A stretch of 64,000 bases of DNA. Source: Candidatus Omnitrophota bacterium. GTDB taxonomy: Bacteria; Omnitrophota; Gorgyraeia; Zapsychrales; Zapsychraceae. This document shows positions 39,088-48,996 of this stretch, in pieces. The DNA is taken from contig JBFWOS010000001.1 in assembly GCA_050250375.1 (NCBI GenBank), positions 219,346 through 283,345 on the forward strand, given 5' to 3'. A model generated the notes under the pieces. It worked only from the letters and a program-made list of their open reading frames with translations. It did not search any database and was not told the DNA's origin. How positions within the stretch are numbered: position 1 is the stretch's first letter; the number at the start of each line of letters is the position of its first letter. The position numbers and the translations under genes are program-made.

Positions 39088-39560
39088 ATACGCTGGCGCT
39101 GAATGCGTTGAATGACCTCATTCAATTCCTGAAGAAAGGAAGACCGGTCACTCTTTTTAAACGGGGCGGGCCCTGCGGTGATTTCCCCTGAGTCACGAAG
39201 ATCCGCCATGAGATTGCGGGTCGCGACCGCGTCCCCGATATTGTCTTCCGTGAACGATTTTCCGGATGAGCCGATCACAAACGACCCCTTCTTTAAACAA
39301 CGGTCCGCCAATAAAACATCAATCGTAATCACGATGTCCTGCGGTTGGACCTGCCCGACAATCCAGTCATCGGCCTCGTCCAGATTTCCGCCGACAACCT
39401 TCAGGGCAACGGACGGATCTTCCGGCACCCGCATCCACGAATTGGCCACCAACGTAACGTTCAGTGAATACCGTTTGGCGACACGGAACACCTCTTCTTT
39501 CACCGGGCACGCGTCAGCATCGACAAAAATATGCAGCAAAACAAACTCCTCAGGGATCAA
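39081..39560 (-). CDS. YaiI/UPF0178 (DUF188) family protein
   Basis: HIFVDADACPVKEEV...VTLVAN is present. Confidence 0.6.
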   Translation of the reverse strand: MIPEEFVLLHIFVDADACPVKEEVFRVAKRYSLNVTLVANSWMRVPEDPSVALKVVGGNLDEADDWIVGQVQPQDIVITIDVLLADRCLKKGSFVIGSSGKSFTEDNIGDAVATRNLMADLRDSGEITAGPAPFKKSDRSSFLQELNEVIQRIQRQRIR

Positions 39561-39703
39561 ATCCCTTCTTACTTAATCTGAATTTCCAATAGTTTACAAA
39601 CAAAAGGCGATATCCACAAGGAACAAAAAAGCCCTCAGGCATCGGCCTGAAGGCTTTTGAAAATGCCTCCCTAACGGTGATGAATTTTATATCCGGATTT
39701 AAT

Positions 39704-40279
39704 TCAGACCCTTACCGCTCCGCGGAATCCTCTGGCCGCGTAGTACGATTCCGCGCCATTGTGATAAACGAACACTGTATTGTAACGGCGGTCGCAAAAA
39801 AGGGCGCCGCCGAGTTTTCGGATATCCGCCGGTGTTTTCACCCAGCTCGATGTTTTTGTGTCGAACGTCCCGAGTTTCTGCAGGTCCCGGTATTGGTCTT
39901 CTGTTAAAAGCTCAAGCCCCATGCCCGATGCCATATCCATCGCGCTGTTTTTCGGTTTATGTTCTTTCCTGGATTCCAGCGCTTCGCGGTCATAACAAAG
40001 ACTTCTGCGGCCCTGCGGACTTTCCGCCGAACAATCAAAGAAGATGTATTCACCCGTCTTTTGATCATGACCGACCACATCCGGTTCACCGCCTGAACTT
40101 TCCATTTCATGGAGCGGCGACAGTTTTTCCGGATGAGCGTCCAGCCTTGCCCGCACTTTGGCCCATTCAAGACCCTTATGACGTCCCATATTTTTCTCAA
40201 AGCGGATTTTCAAACCGCTGAGCAGCTCTTCCCGCTGATCGGGTGACAATTTGATTTTTGATATCGTTTTTTTTGACAT
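39704..40279 (-). CDS. Conserved hypothetical protein
   Basis: It is a 191-aa ORF with no recognised motif. Confidence 0.5.
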   Translation of the reverse strand: MSKKTISKIKLSPDQREELLSGLKIRFEKNMGRHKGLEWAKVRARLDAHPEKLSPLHEMESSGGEPDVVGHDQKTGEYIFFDCSAESPQGRRSLCYDREALESRKEHKPKNSAMDMASGMGLELLTEDQYRDLQKLGTFDTKTSSWVKTPADIRKLGGALFCDRRYNTVFVYHNGAESYYAARGFRGAVRV

Positions 40280-40300
40280 AGTTTTTGTTTGCTTTCAGGA

Positions 40301-40693
40301 TCAGGCCTTGTCCGGAAAGTCCTCAACATGAAACTCTCCCTTGCGGCCGTAATAAACGGCCTTTCTGCCGGTGAGAAATACAATGTACCGGGTCGTTCCC
40401 GCGGCCAAAATTCGGTTTAAGAATTCAACATAGTTAATCTCTTGTTTCTGAATGGCCTTGAGTGCCGCGACCACGGCCTCCCGGGAAAAATCCCGGGATA
40501 TGGCCGGCCCCTTAATCCCGAGTTTTTCGATATGGGTCTCGCCGTTTGGCATATAATATGTTTTTTCCATACGCACTAAATCGGCGTCATAGGACTCGAC
40601 CCCGATCGCTAAAAGGTCCCGCACGACTTCACCAAAGGTGATCGTTCCCTGCAGCGAACGGCTTGTTGCCTGCTGTATGACTTGCGTATCCAT
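40301..40693 (-). CDS. Conserved hypothetical protein
   Basis: It is a 130-aa ORF. Confidence 0.5.
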   Translation of the reverse strand: MDTQVIQQATSRSLQGTITFGEVVRDLLAIGVESYDADLVRMEKTYYMPNGETHIEKLGIKGPAISRDFSREAVVAALKAIQKQEINYVEFLNRILAAGTTRYIVFLTGRKAVYYGRKGEFHVEDFPDKA

Positions 40694-40736
40694 TCTTTGC
40701 TCCTTAGTTTAGATGAATAAGATAGGACGCTGTCCC

Positions 40737-41639
40737 CTATCTTACCGGTTCAACATGCGTAATCACATCAAGGATGTTCAGCCTGGCATCAAATAAAGCC
40801 TGCTTAACCGCATGACCAATGCGGTGGCCTTCTGTCACAGAGATTCCACCGTCAACCATGACATGAATTTCAATAAAAAAATATAAACCGCTTTTTCTTA
40901 TACGGCATTTCTCAATACCTATGACCCCAGCCACTGTTTTGGATATCCCTTTGACTTTTTCATCAAACTCAGGTGACACGGCGGCGTCCATCACATCCGC
41001 GACAGCGGCCCGCAGCAGCCTAAATCCATTAAAGAAAATCACGCCGCTGGCAAAAAGCGCGGCCCAATCATCGGCGCTTTCGTACCCTTTTCCGCCTATC
41101 AAAGAAACGGATATCCCAATAAACGCGGCTAAAGATGTTAACGCGTCTGACCGGCTATGCCAGGCATCGGCTTTGAGCGCGTTGCTGTCAATATCAGCGC
41201 CGGCCTTTAATAAAAACCGATACATCAGCTCCTTAATGAGAATAACGGCCACCAATACAAACAAGGTGAATGAAGCCGGCGCCTGATGGGGCGTTAAGAC
41301 TTCTTTAACGCTGTGAACGGCAATGCCCGCAGCGACGCCGATTAAGGTGGCTGAAACAATCATGGCGGCTAAGGATTCCGCCTTGCCGTGACCATACGGA
41401 TGATTATCATCCGGTGGACGAGCCCCTATTTTTAGACCCCCCCATACAACGGCGGATGAAAAAATATCCATCAGCGATTCAATCCCGTCAGTAATCAGCG
41501 CGTAACTGCTGCCCATGAATCCCGTGACAATTTTGACGGCCGCAAGCAGCATGTTAATCGAAACATTGATCAAGGCCATTTTCATCCCTCTTCCGGAACG
41601 ATGCGCGTTAATGTCGATTTGATCGGGATTGATGCCCAT
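40737..41639 (-). CDS. Cation diffusion facilitator (CDF) family metal efflux transporter
   Basis: The ALITDGIESLMD and HPYGHGKAESL blocks are present, with a C-terminal cytoplasmic domain. Confidence 0.85.
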   Translation of the reverse strand: MGINPDQIDINAHRSGRGMKMALINVSINMLLAAVKIVTGFMGSSYALITDGIESLMDIFSSAVVWGGLKIGARPPDDNHPYGHGKAESLAAMIVSATLIGVAAGIAVHSVKEVLTPHQAPASFTLFVLVAVILIKELMYRFLLKAGADIDSNALKADAWHSRSDALTSLAAFIGISVSLIGGKGYESADDWAALFASGVIFFNGFRLLRAAVADVMDAAVSPEFDEKVKGISKTVAGVIGIEKCRIRKSGLYFFIEIHVMVDGGISVTEGHRIGHAVKQALFDARLNILDVITHVEPVR

Positions 41640-41725
41640 ATTTTCAAGACTTCCTCAAATAAAAACAATTTTAAGAAATAAAAATGGACCCTATTTCTTT
41701 ATTTTACTATTTCATTCGTTTCGCT

Positions 41726-42136
41726 CTAAAGCAACAATCCGATCCCCAGGACCATAAGCCCGTAAGTTAAAACGCCCGCTCCGATCATAATGAGGACGGC
41801 CAGTTTATTCGGTTTTTCGATATTCTTCCCGATCGCGGACGCGAAAAAACCGCCGCTGATCAGCATGGCGGCTAATGGAAAGGCCAGCCGTACACTCCAG
41901 CGTAACGGCGCGGAATAACCGGTGGCATCTGTTAAGATCTGGGCGATCAACGCCAGCATCACCAGGACCCCGGCGTGCGCGTGACCCGCCTTAAAAAAGT
42001 TTTTCTGAAACGGCGTCAATTGCAGATTCTGGTGTTTCCCCTGCCACAAACTCAATAAAAAGTATCCTCCGTATTCAATCGATACCATGGTTAACAAAAT
42101 AACACCGCACATCATTTTCGTTTCACCCGAGAGCAT
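41726..42136 (-). CDS. Small membrane protein, hypothetical
   Basis: There are four transmembrane helices. Confidence 0.45.
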   Translation of the reverse strand: MLSGETKMMCGVILLTMVSIEYGGYFLLSLWQGKHQNLQLTPFQKNFFKAGHAHAGVLVMLALIAQILTDATGYSAPLRWSVRLAFPLAAMLISGGFFASAIGKNIEKPNKLAVLIMIGAGVLTYGLMVLGIGLLL

Positions 42137-42285
42137 TGATCTTCTCCTTTTTTTTTAGATAGGGGACAGCGCCCTGCTAATCATTAACTTTATCTTGAGT
42201 GAAACAACCCGGAATTTGCAGCAAATAAAGGGCGGGATAAAAAAATAAGGTCCGGCACAATGGCCGGACCTTATCTGGATTAAAA

Positions 42286-42489
42286 TTAAACCTTTACGAC
42301 ATTCGTTGCTTGGGGACCTTTAGGACCTTCTCCGGTTTCGTACTCAACGGCGTCACCTTCGCTTAAAGACTTGAATCCTTCACCCTGAATTTCACTATGA
42401 TGAACAAAACAATCCTTGCTTCCATCATCGGGAGTTATGAATCCAAATCCCTTTTGGTCATTGAACCACTTTACTTTACCTCTTACCAT
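42286..42489 (-). CDS. cspA: Cold-shock protein
   Basis: [31 protein letters not shown]...[14 protein letters not shown] is canonical. Confidence 0.9.
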   Translation of the reverse strand: MVRGKVKWFNDQKGFGFITPDDGSKDCFVHHSEIQGEGFKSLSEGDAVEYETGEGPKGPQATNVVKV

Positions 42490-42677
42490 TTGTTTACCCT
42501 CCTTTCAATCAAACTTGAGTAAACAATGACGATTGAAAACAAATAACCACAAAAGACTTTTTCCATGTGTATTAAGATTTCACTTGTTAATTTACTCGTT
42601 CAATATTTTATATGCTTCCGGGGCTAAGTCAATAAATATAATAGATAGGGGACAGCGCCCTAACTCCTATAAAATGG

Positions 42678-42742
42678 ACACAGAGTTAAGTTACGGAGGG
42701 TTGGGATGAATCATTTTCGCAAGCGGATGAATTTTGTTACCG
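42678..42742. repeat. 70-bp intergenic repeat, divergent copy 1
   Basis: It is related to copies at 43213, 44226 and 44966. Confidence 0.45.
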
Positions 42743-42746
42743 GATG

Positions 42747-43172
42747 CTACAACGGCCAGTCGCGCAAGATGCGCTCTGTTTCTTCTGAGTGCGCGCTTTC
42801 ATCCCGTATGATGTCTTCTAATTGGACAACCAATCCTTTGTCCCCAAACTTTTCAGCATCCAACGCGCGTTGAGTATAATTCTTTTTTGCCAAATTCTCT
42901 GCTTCCAAGACAGCCTCAAGCATAGCACGGTTGGATTTTGCTTCTTTGACAGGATTAGGTTTTGTTACCGGTTCTCCGCCCAAAGCCACAATTTTATTCG
43001 CGAGAAATTGCGCGTGTAACTGCTCATCAGCAACTTCCTGAAGAAAAAATTGGGCCAATTGCGGACGAAACGGGCCCGTTGCTTTAGCCGCATAAGAAAT
43101 GTATTGAATAATTGCGCTAAACTCGCCGGCCAGATCTTCATTAAGTTTATGAATCAAAGTTGCCTTATCCAT
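42747..43172 (-). CDS. Ferritin-like / bacterioferritin-family protein
   Basis: LNEDLAGEFSAIIQY...EVADEQLHAQFLANKI is a di-iron four-helix-bundle signature. Confidence 0.6.
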   Translation of the reverse strand: MDKATLIHKLNEDLAGEFSAIIQYISYAAKATGPFRPQLAQFFLQEVADEQLHAQFLANKIVALGGEPVTKPNPVKEAKSNRAMLEAVLEAENLAKKNYTQRALDAEKFGDKGLVVQLEDIIRDESAHSEETERILRDWPL

Positions 43173-43212
43173 GAATACCCTCCTCTTATTTGTATTTCAA
43201 TCATAACAAAAG

Positions 43213-43281
43213 AAAAAACCCTCTGCAATGTTAAGTTACAGAGGGTTGTGATGAATCATTTCCGCAAGCGGACGAGTTTTG
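43213..43281. repeat. 70-bp intergenic repeat, copy 2 (on the minus strand it reads as a hairpin plus T-run terminator)
   Basis: The sequence is aaaaaccctctgcaatgttaagttacagagggttgtgatgaatcatttccgcaagcggacgagttttg. Confidence 0.55.
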
Positions 43282-43312
43282 TATTTGGATAAACAATACC
43301 GGAACTAAAGAT

Positions 43313-44113
43313 CTATTTTCTGAACGGAACTCTTTTTCTTCTGAAGAACAAACCAGCGATTCCACTGCCGAACAAGGCCAGGGTTGCGGGTTCGGGATTG
43401 GTGGTTGTTTGAACGTCTCTCTCCTGGGCGAACACGATTGAAGCAGGCGAATCGGGAGCAAACGGCGAATCAGGAGATGTCGGCACGGTGATTGAAAAAA
43501 GCGCGCCTAGGTTTGGCGGATTAGGACTTTTAGGAACGTTCGGTGAAACGGGTGACTTCGGCAAATTCGGAGCATTTGGACTGTTCGGCGCGTTTGGAAC
43601 GATTGGTGAATTGGGAGCTATGGGCAATTTTGGCTTATTGGGCAATCCTTCTTCCGGAGGTAATCCGGTAGGTCGGATACTAGACAACCGGTCTATCAGA
43701 GCCTCATCCCAATTCGGATTAAAATCATCATGGATATTTGTAATACCAAAATAATATTCCAACGGCCATCGATGATATCCATGCGGTTCAAGATGCGTGA
43801 TTGTGTTTCCAACTGTGAACGGCAAAACCTGTGTACCTTCATTCAGCATTTCTCTCGACCACCAATTCAAATTCAGCTGGGTAGTCTCTTCAAAATTAAA
43901 TTCGCCCAAATAAAGGCTTAACCTGGAACCCAAGTCATTTGGATCAGCTTTTACCTGAAACCATAATTCTCCTTCTCCGAGAGCATCAAATGACAAATCT
44001 AAAGTATCCGTCTCCCCTGCCCTAAAAGTTAAATTATCAAGCGAAATTAAAGCCTGTGCTTTGGGACTGAATAAGACCAACATACCAACTGAAATTAAAA
44101 GTATTCGTTTCAT
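43313..44113 (-). CDS. PEP-CTERM sorting-domain protein with a Pro-triplet linker
   Basis: The signal peptide is MKRILLISVGMLVLFSPKAQA. The C-terminus is NPEPATLALFGSGIAGLFFRRKR. The linker is PNSPIVPNAPNSPNAPNLPKSP. Confidence 0.7.
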   Translation of the reverse strand: MKRILLISVGMLVLFSPKAQALISLDNLTFRAGETDTLDLSFDALGEGELWFQVKADPNDLGSRLSLYLGEFNFEETTQLNLNWWSREMLNEGTQVLPFTVGNTITHLEPHGYHRWPLEYYFGITNIHDDFNPNWDEALIDRLSSIRPTGLPPEEGLPNKPKLPIAPNSPIVPNAPNSPNAPNLPKSPVSPNVPKSPNPPNLGALFSITVPTSPDSPFAPDSPASIVFAQERDVQTTTNPEPATLALFGSGIAGLFFRRKRVPFRK

Positions 44114-44225
44114 AAATATTTTCTCTTTTTATTTAATTGAATTTATTTTAACCGCACCTGGTGCCCACAATAAGTTAAATGCTGTAATTTGTCAATACAC
44201 CAACATATGACAAACTATGACAAAC

Positions 44226-44292
44226 AAAAACCCTCTGCAACGTTAAGTTACAGAGGGTTATGATAAGTCTTTTCCGCAAGCGGACGAGTTTT
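44226..44292. repeat. 70-bp intergenic repeat, copy 3
   Basis: It is near-identical to copy 2. Confidence 0.55.
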
Positions 44293-44446
44293 GCAGCTAT
44301 TTAAATTCAGAGGATCTAATATTTTTGTTGAATGAATTAAAATATTATCGTTTAAACCTCATTAATTCTAATTAATCATATCAAAACTCTTACAAAAACA
44401 GATACTACAAATCAAAACAAATCAGGACTAATAGCCCCTCTATTTT

Positions 44447-44815
44447 CTAAAATATTCTTTTAAGATGATATACAGCTAATCCGCACAAATAAGGCAAATA
44501 ATAAAGTGCCATGAATCCTGAATAAAGCAAAAGACCTTTCCACTTGCGAGACTTAAACAAATACCAAGGCAGCAACAAAAAACCAGCAGAAAACATAAAG
44601 TATCCATAATCATACACACTCGGATAATTTCGAATTGATCTATCAGTGACAGCCCACAAGGCTATCAGGCTACTTAAACTATACATATAAATACTGCCAA
44701 CATCAGCTGATACCATCTGTCCAAAACTAACAACGGCAATATTGTACACACAGTATATCAAACAGGTATACCATATATAACGGATGTTTGGATTTGAGGT
44801 CAGGCCAGATTCCAT
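44447..44815 (-). CDS. Small membrane protein, hypothetical
   Basis: There are four transmembrane helices. The gene is AT-rich. Confidence 0.45.
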   Translation of the reverse strand: MESGLTSNPNIRYIWYTCLIYCVYNIAVVSFGQMVSADVGSIYMYSLSSLIALWAVTDRSIRNYPSVYDYGYFMFSAGFLLLPWYLFKSRKWKGLLLYSGFMALYYLPYLCGLAVYHLKRIF

Positions 44816-44965
44816 TTTAGATTTTTTTATTTTGATGGGTCAGCATTTCAACATATCTGAAATAAATAAAGTCGTTTCTCACATCTCAAATATTTCTACA
44901 GTTTAGAATTAAATTCTAAGAATATGAGTCAGCACCATAATAGACAATTCCTATTCTATGCCAAA

Positions 44966-45034
44966 CAAAAACCCTCTGCAATGTTAAGTTACAGAGGGTT
45001 GTGATGATCATTTCCGCAAGCGGACGAATTTTGC
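44966..45034. repeat. 70-bp intergenic repeat, copy 4
   Basis: It is near-identical to copy 2. Confidence 0.55.
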
Positions 45035-45156
45035 AATTGACTGTTTTACCATGCTCCAGTTGCAGAAAACAAAAAATCAATATCTAGGGTTCTTCGAAAA
45101 AAAACTCGCTTCACTAACTCAAAAACTTGTTCTGAGCGAGCGAAGCGAGTCGAAGC

Positions 45157-45174
45157 ACTCCCCCGCGAGGACTC
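45157..45174 (-). repeat. 18-bp direct repeat of the tRNA-Asn 3' end, possibly an att remnant
   Basis: The sequence actcccccgcgaggactc is identical to 50760-50777, which is the T-stem and acceptor 3' strand of the tRNA. Confidence 0.5.
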
Positions 45175-46015
45175 CGGCCTACGGCCTAGAACCTGTCGTC
45201 GCTTCGCTCCTCCCCATAGGGGCTCTGCCCCTCTGGTGCTCCCCGCCAAAAATCTTGGCGGGTCGCTGTCACCCCGTTTTATTCATCCGAGTATCCTTGG
45301 GGGAACAATCTTCCCCCAAACCCCCTTTAGGTTCTCGTCTTTTAGGGGATCCCAATAAAAAAGCCCTCAGGCAAATACCTGAGGGCTTTCGAAAATGGCT
45401 CCCCGGTCGCCCCCAAAATCCGAACTTTTCGTATGAGGTCATTCTGGGCCTTACGAATGCCAAAAGTGGTGAACGATGGTTGGTTATCAATTAAGGGGTA
45501 ATTGCTATTCCGATGGCATATTCCAATACTCAATAATTTTTCCATCTGCTGCTTTACAGACCCATGCGATATTTCCTGAAGAGGTTACGGTTGTCAACAC
45601 ACCATGCCAGCTTTCACATAAAGGTTTTAAATATTCAGGAGAATCTTTTTTTGGGCGTTCCCGGTCTCGCTCTTCATCGGACTTAGTTCTCAATTTACCA
45701 GTTGATGCATCGAAAGACATTTCACTGTCCTCCACAGTAACAACATCAAATGCATACGCATCAATCCCAATGGCGCGAAACCCCTTCAGATTTTCCTTTG
45801 GAAAGTTGTGCCAATTCCAATAAAGCTTTAATTACTTGTAAACTCGTTTTCGAAATCATAATAGGATATCCAGATGTGATTATCTAATATCCCACATCTC
45901 TCAGTAGAAGCAAATCGTGGAAACTACCTAAATAGTGCGTAGAATTACGTAGGACACCATTGAAAATCACTAATCATCAACAAACTCAATTGTACCGGGG
46001 ATATTTAGTAAAAAA

Positions 46016-47821
46016 TTATTTCCAAATTGATTCTCTCTTATTCTCTTCCTCCATACGGCGCATCCATGCCATAAAAACACTTGGCCGTCCCAAATAACCG
46101 ATAATGCGGGTAGGATCTTTTCGACTGACAACCAGAAGGCGTCCTACATTCTGACGCAGCATTTTATGAACAGCATCTCGGACAATTTCATCAGGGTAGA
46201 CTAGAATCAAATCCTTATTACCAGCTTCTAGGACTGTCGTGTTCGATCCTTGGCTCAAGTTACGCAAAACATCTTCCCGACTAATTACACCTACCAAGCG
46301 TTGATCTTCATCCACGATGGGTACAGCACGATGCTTTGTCAAACCCGGATCGCCATTAACAATAAACTCTGCGAGTTCAGAAACTTTCATCGTCGATCTA
46401 ATTGTTTGAACATCCCGATCCATAACATCTCCAACCTTGGCCAATTCTAATGGATCAATACTGTACTCTCTAGTAATGTGGTGCCCCCGGCGGGCAACTT
46501 TTTCTGTCAAGATAGATCGTCGCATAACCAAGACTGTAAAAATATACGCAACAATGCAACCAACCAACAAAGCCGGCATTAAATTAAAATCATGAGTTAG
46601 TTCTACCGTAAAAAGAATAGCGGTCAAAGGTGAACGCATTGTTCCACCCATGACAGCAGCCATGCTGATCATTGCCCACAAACTGCTATCTCCAATTGAA
46701 AGCCACTGAGATTCAAATGCACCCAATGCACCACCGATAATTAAAAGAGGAGCTAGAACTCCTCCAGAAGTTCCTGAACCTAAAGCCACTGCCCACACTA
46801 CAGCTTTAACCAGTAATAAGGTAACTAATGCTACCCCGGCCAAATGTCCTTGCAACAAATCACGTATTACATCATATCCTACACCAAATACTCTAGGCTC
46901 AATTAGCCCGCCTAAACCCACAAAAAGACCGCCAATAGCTGGCCACCACATCCAATGAATAGGGAGCTTCTTAAATAAATCTTCGAATGTATATACCAGT
47001 GTTGTGAGCAACCATGATCCTAAGCCAGCAAATATTCCTACCATGACCGCGATGGCTAGTCCTTCCCAACCTAACGCTTCATGCGGCGCCACAGGAAATA
47101 TCGGCCCCACACCTAATAATTTAATCCGCACGGTTCCAGCAACGATGGAGGCAATGGCAACGGGTATAAAACTGCGAGGCTTCCATTCAAATAATAATAA
47201 TTCCACAGCAAGCAGTACCGCCGCAATAGGAGTAGCAAAAATTGCCGACATCCCTGCTGCGGCGCCTGCAACCAGAAGAGTTTTACGTTCCGCAGCTGAT
47301 AAATGAAAAAGTTGAGCAAACAAAGAACCAAATGCGCCGCCTGTCATAATAATCGGGCCTTCAGCACCAAATGGTCCTCCGGTTCCGATAGAAATTGCGG
47401 AAGAAATGGGTTTTAATACAGCTACTTTAGGTTCCATACGGCTGCCGCCGATTAAAATCGCTTCCAATGCCTCAGGAATTCCATGCCCACGAATTTTCTC
47501 CGAACCGTATTTTGCCATCAAACCAATTAACAATCCGCCGATAGCAGGTATAAAAACGACTAGAAAACCAAGATGATGTTGAGAAGGTGAAGAAAATACG
47601 CTGGACAAATGTTGATAAAAAGCCAGGTTAGTAATAATTCTAATCAACCAAATAAGGGCATAGGCGATAAAAGCACTCATCACTCCTATAACAAATGCCA
47701 ATGAAGCCAGTTTTAGTATAATCAAATCTCGACTAAAGTCAGCCAAACGATCTTTACCGTGAGAAAACTTTTTATCCATATATGCGTTACTTTCCACTCT
47801 CAATCGCAAGACTTCTGCCAA
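46016..47821 (-). CDS. ClC-family chloride channel / H+-Cl- antiporter with C-terminal CBS domains
   Basis: GHGIPEA, GGPFGAEGP and GALGAF blocks are present. There are about 10 transmembrane helices and tandem CBS domains at the C-terminus. Confidence 0.85.
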   Translation of the reverse strand: MAEVLRLRVESNAYMDKKFSHGKDRLADFSRDLIILKLASLAFVIGVMSAFIAYALIWLIRIITNLAFYQHLSSVFSSPSQHHLGFLVVFIPAIGGLLIGLMAKYGSEKIRGHGIPEALEAILIGGSRMEPKVAVLKPISSAISIGTGGPFGAEGPIIMTGGAFGSLFAQLFHLSAAERKTLLVAGAAAGMSAIFATPIAAVLLAVELLLFEWKPRSFIPVAIASIVAGTVRIKLLGVGPIFPVAPHEALGWEGLAIAVMVGIFAGLGSWLLTTLVYTFEDLFKKLPIHWMWWPAIGGLFVGLGGLIEPRVFGVGYDVIRDLLQGHLAGVALVTLLLVKAVVWAVALGSGTSGGVLAPLLIIGGALGAFESQWLSIGDSSLWAMISMAAVMGGTMRSPLTAILFTVELTHDFNLMPALLVGCIVAYIFTVLVMRRSILTEKVARRGHHITREYSIDPLELAKVGDVMDRDVQTIRSTMKVSELAEFIVNGDPGLTKHRAVPIVDEDQRLVGVISREDVLRNLSQGSNTTVLEAGNKDLILVYPDEIVRDAVHKMLRQNVGRLLVVSRKDPTRIIGYLGRPSVFMAWMRRMEEENKRESIWK

Positions 47822-48266
47822 GTCGATGAGTTTTGACTATATTTTTTAAAAATTTAACCAGCTTGTCCTTTTCAAGTTCAGAGAAATTTCCAAAAAAATG
47901 TTTATCATTGTTATCGGCAATCTGAGCAAGCTGAGGAACAAGTCTTTCACCTTTGCTCGTTAGTTTGATTTCTTGACAACGACGATCTGTAGTTGATTCA
48001 TCTCTGACAACCAACCCCTTTTTCAATAAACGACTTATTAATTTCGAAATTGCTCCCTTTGTGAGCCCTGCATTTACCGCAACAACTCCCGGGGAAGTTT
48101 CTACTGTTTCATACATTTGGCGAAGAATAATCCATTCCGCAACAGTTACATTACTCACCTCTAATTTCTTACTAAAAGAATGAGCGACATTATTAGAAAC
48201 GTAACGAAGCCAATACCCTATATGATCTTCTGGAGCGCTGACCTTATTTATTCTCTCATTTTTCAT
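47787..48266 (-). CDS. MarR-family transcriptional regulator
   Basis: The winged helix-turn-helix is LTKGAISKLISRLLKKGLV. Confidence 0.7.
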   Translation of the reverse strand: MKNERINKVSAPEDHIGYWLRYVSNNVAHSFSKKLEVSNVTVAEWIILRQMYETVETSPGVVAVNAGLTKGAISKLISRLLKKGLVVRDESTTDRRCQEIKLTSKGERLVPQLAQIADNNDKHFFGNFSELEKDKLVKFLKNIVKTHRLGRSLAIESGK

Positions 48267-48540
48267 AACATGAATTATAGTTTACTAGGAAACTATTGTC
48301 AAGATTAGCGAAGCTTTTAGTGGATCCAACCTGTAAATACAATCTCGCGCTCAAGAAAATCGTTTCTCAAAACCGCCACTAGGCTCGATCTTTCCGTTTT
48401 GTGTTAACTGAGGGTGTTCGCTAGAGTTAAGCGATCGGTTCAAATAAAAATGGCCGCTGTAAGTAACTGAATTTCAGTCATTTACAGCGGCCTAAAAACT
48501 CCCCGGTCGAGATACTCAGCGCACCAGCAATCGCTTAATC

Positions 48541-48984
48541 TTGCACATGCCAATTCATCTTATTTTCAATGGTAACAAAGCATTAGACATCGTTGAAGGT
48601 CAAGCGCCCTACGGGATTTCGACCTGTGAGCGCGTCACAAAAGCCATTCTGCAGCGATATAAACCGGTTATTTGTAAACCAAATCCTATCACGACCGCCC
48701 TGAAATATAAAAGAATTTATAACGAAGCTGAATATCAATCAATGGAAAAAGTCGCGCAAGAATTTGGTGTTTCGCGCGTCAGAATTCATCAAATGCTGAA
48801 TCTACTCAAACTGGATCAGCGCATTATTGATTACATCGTTGGCATCACAGAAGCGAGACAAAATAACTACTGGACGGAACGAAGGTTACGCGGAATCGCT
48901 CAATTACCGGTCACGGAGCAGTACTGCCGATTTGAAACGATACTAAAGAAAGACATCCTGAAAATCAAAAACAGTAACCGCTAA
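48541..48984 (+). CDS. Hypothetical HTH-containing protein
   Basis: VAQEFGVSRVRIHQMLNLL is a sigma-r4/LuxR-like helix-turn-helix. Confidence 0.45.
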   Translation: MHMPIHLIFNGNKALDIVEGQAPYGISTCERVTKAILQRYKPVICKPNPITTALKYKRIYNEAEYQSMEKVAQEFGVSRVRIHQMLNLLKLDQRIIDYIVGITEARQNNYWTERRLRGIAQLPVTEQYCRFETILKKDILKIKNSNR

Positions 48985-48996
48985 ACTCTATCAAAG

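Noticed and set aside
42678-45034. CRISPR array, considered because of four regularly spaced repeats
   Set aside because: The repeats are about 70 bp and are separated by 0.7-1 kb stretches containing full protein-coding genes. There are no short uniform spacers and no cas genes.
45051-45494. A 147-aa + strand ORF
   Set aside because: It lies in a highly structured, repeat-containing intergenic region with a terminator hairpin and the att-like 18-mer. Its composition is unlikely for a protein.
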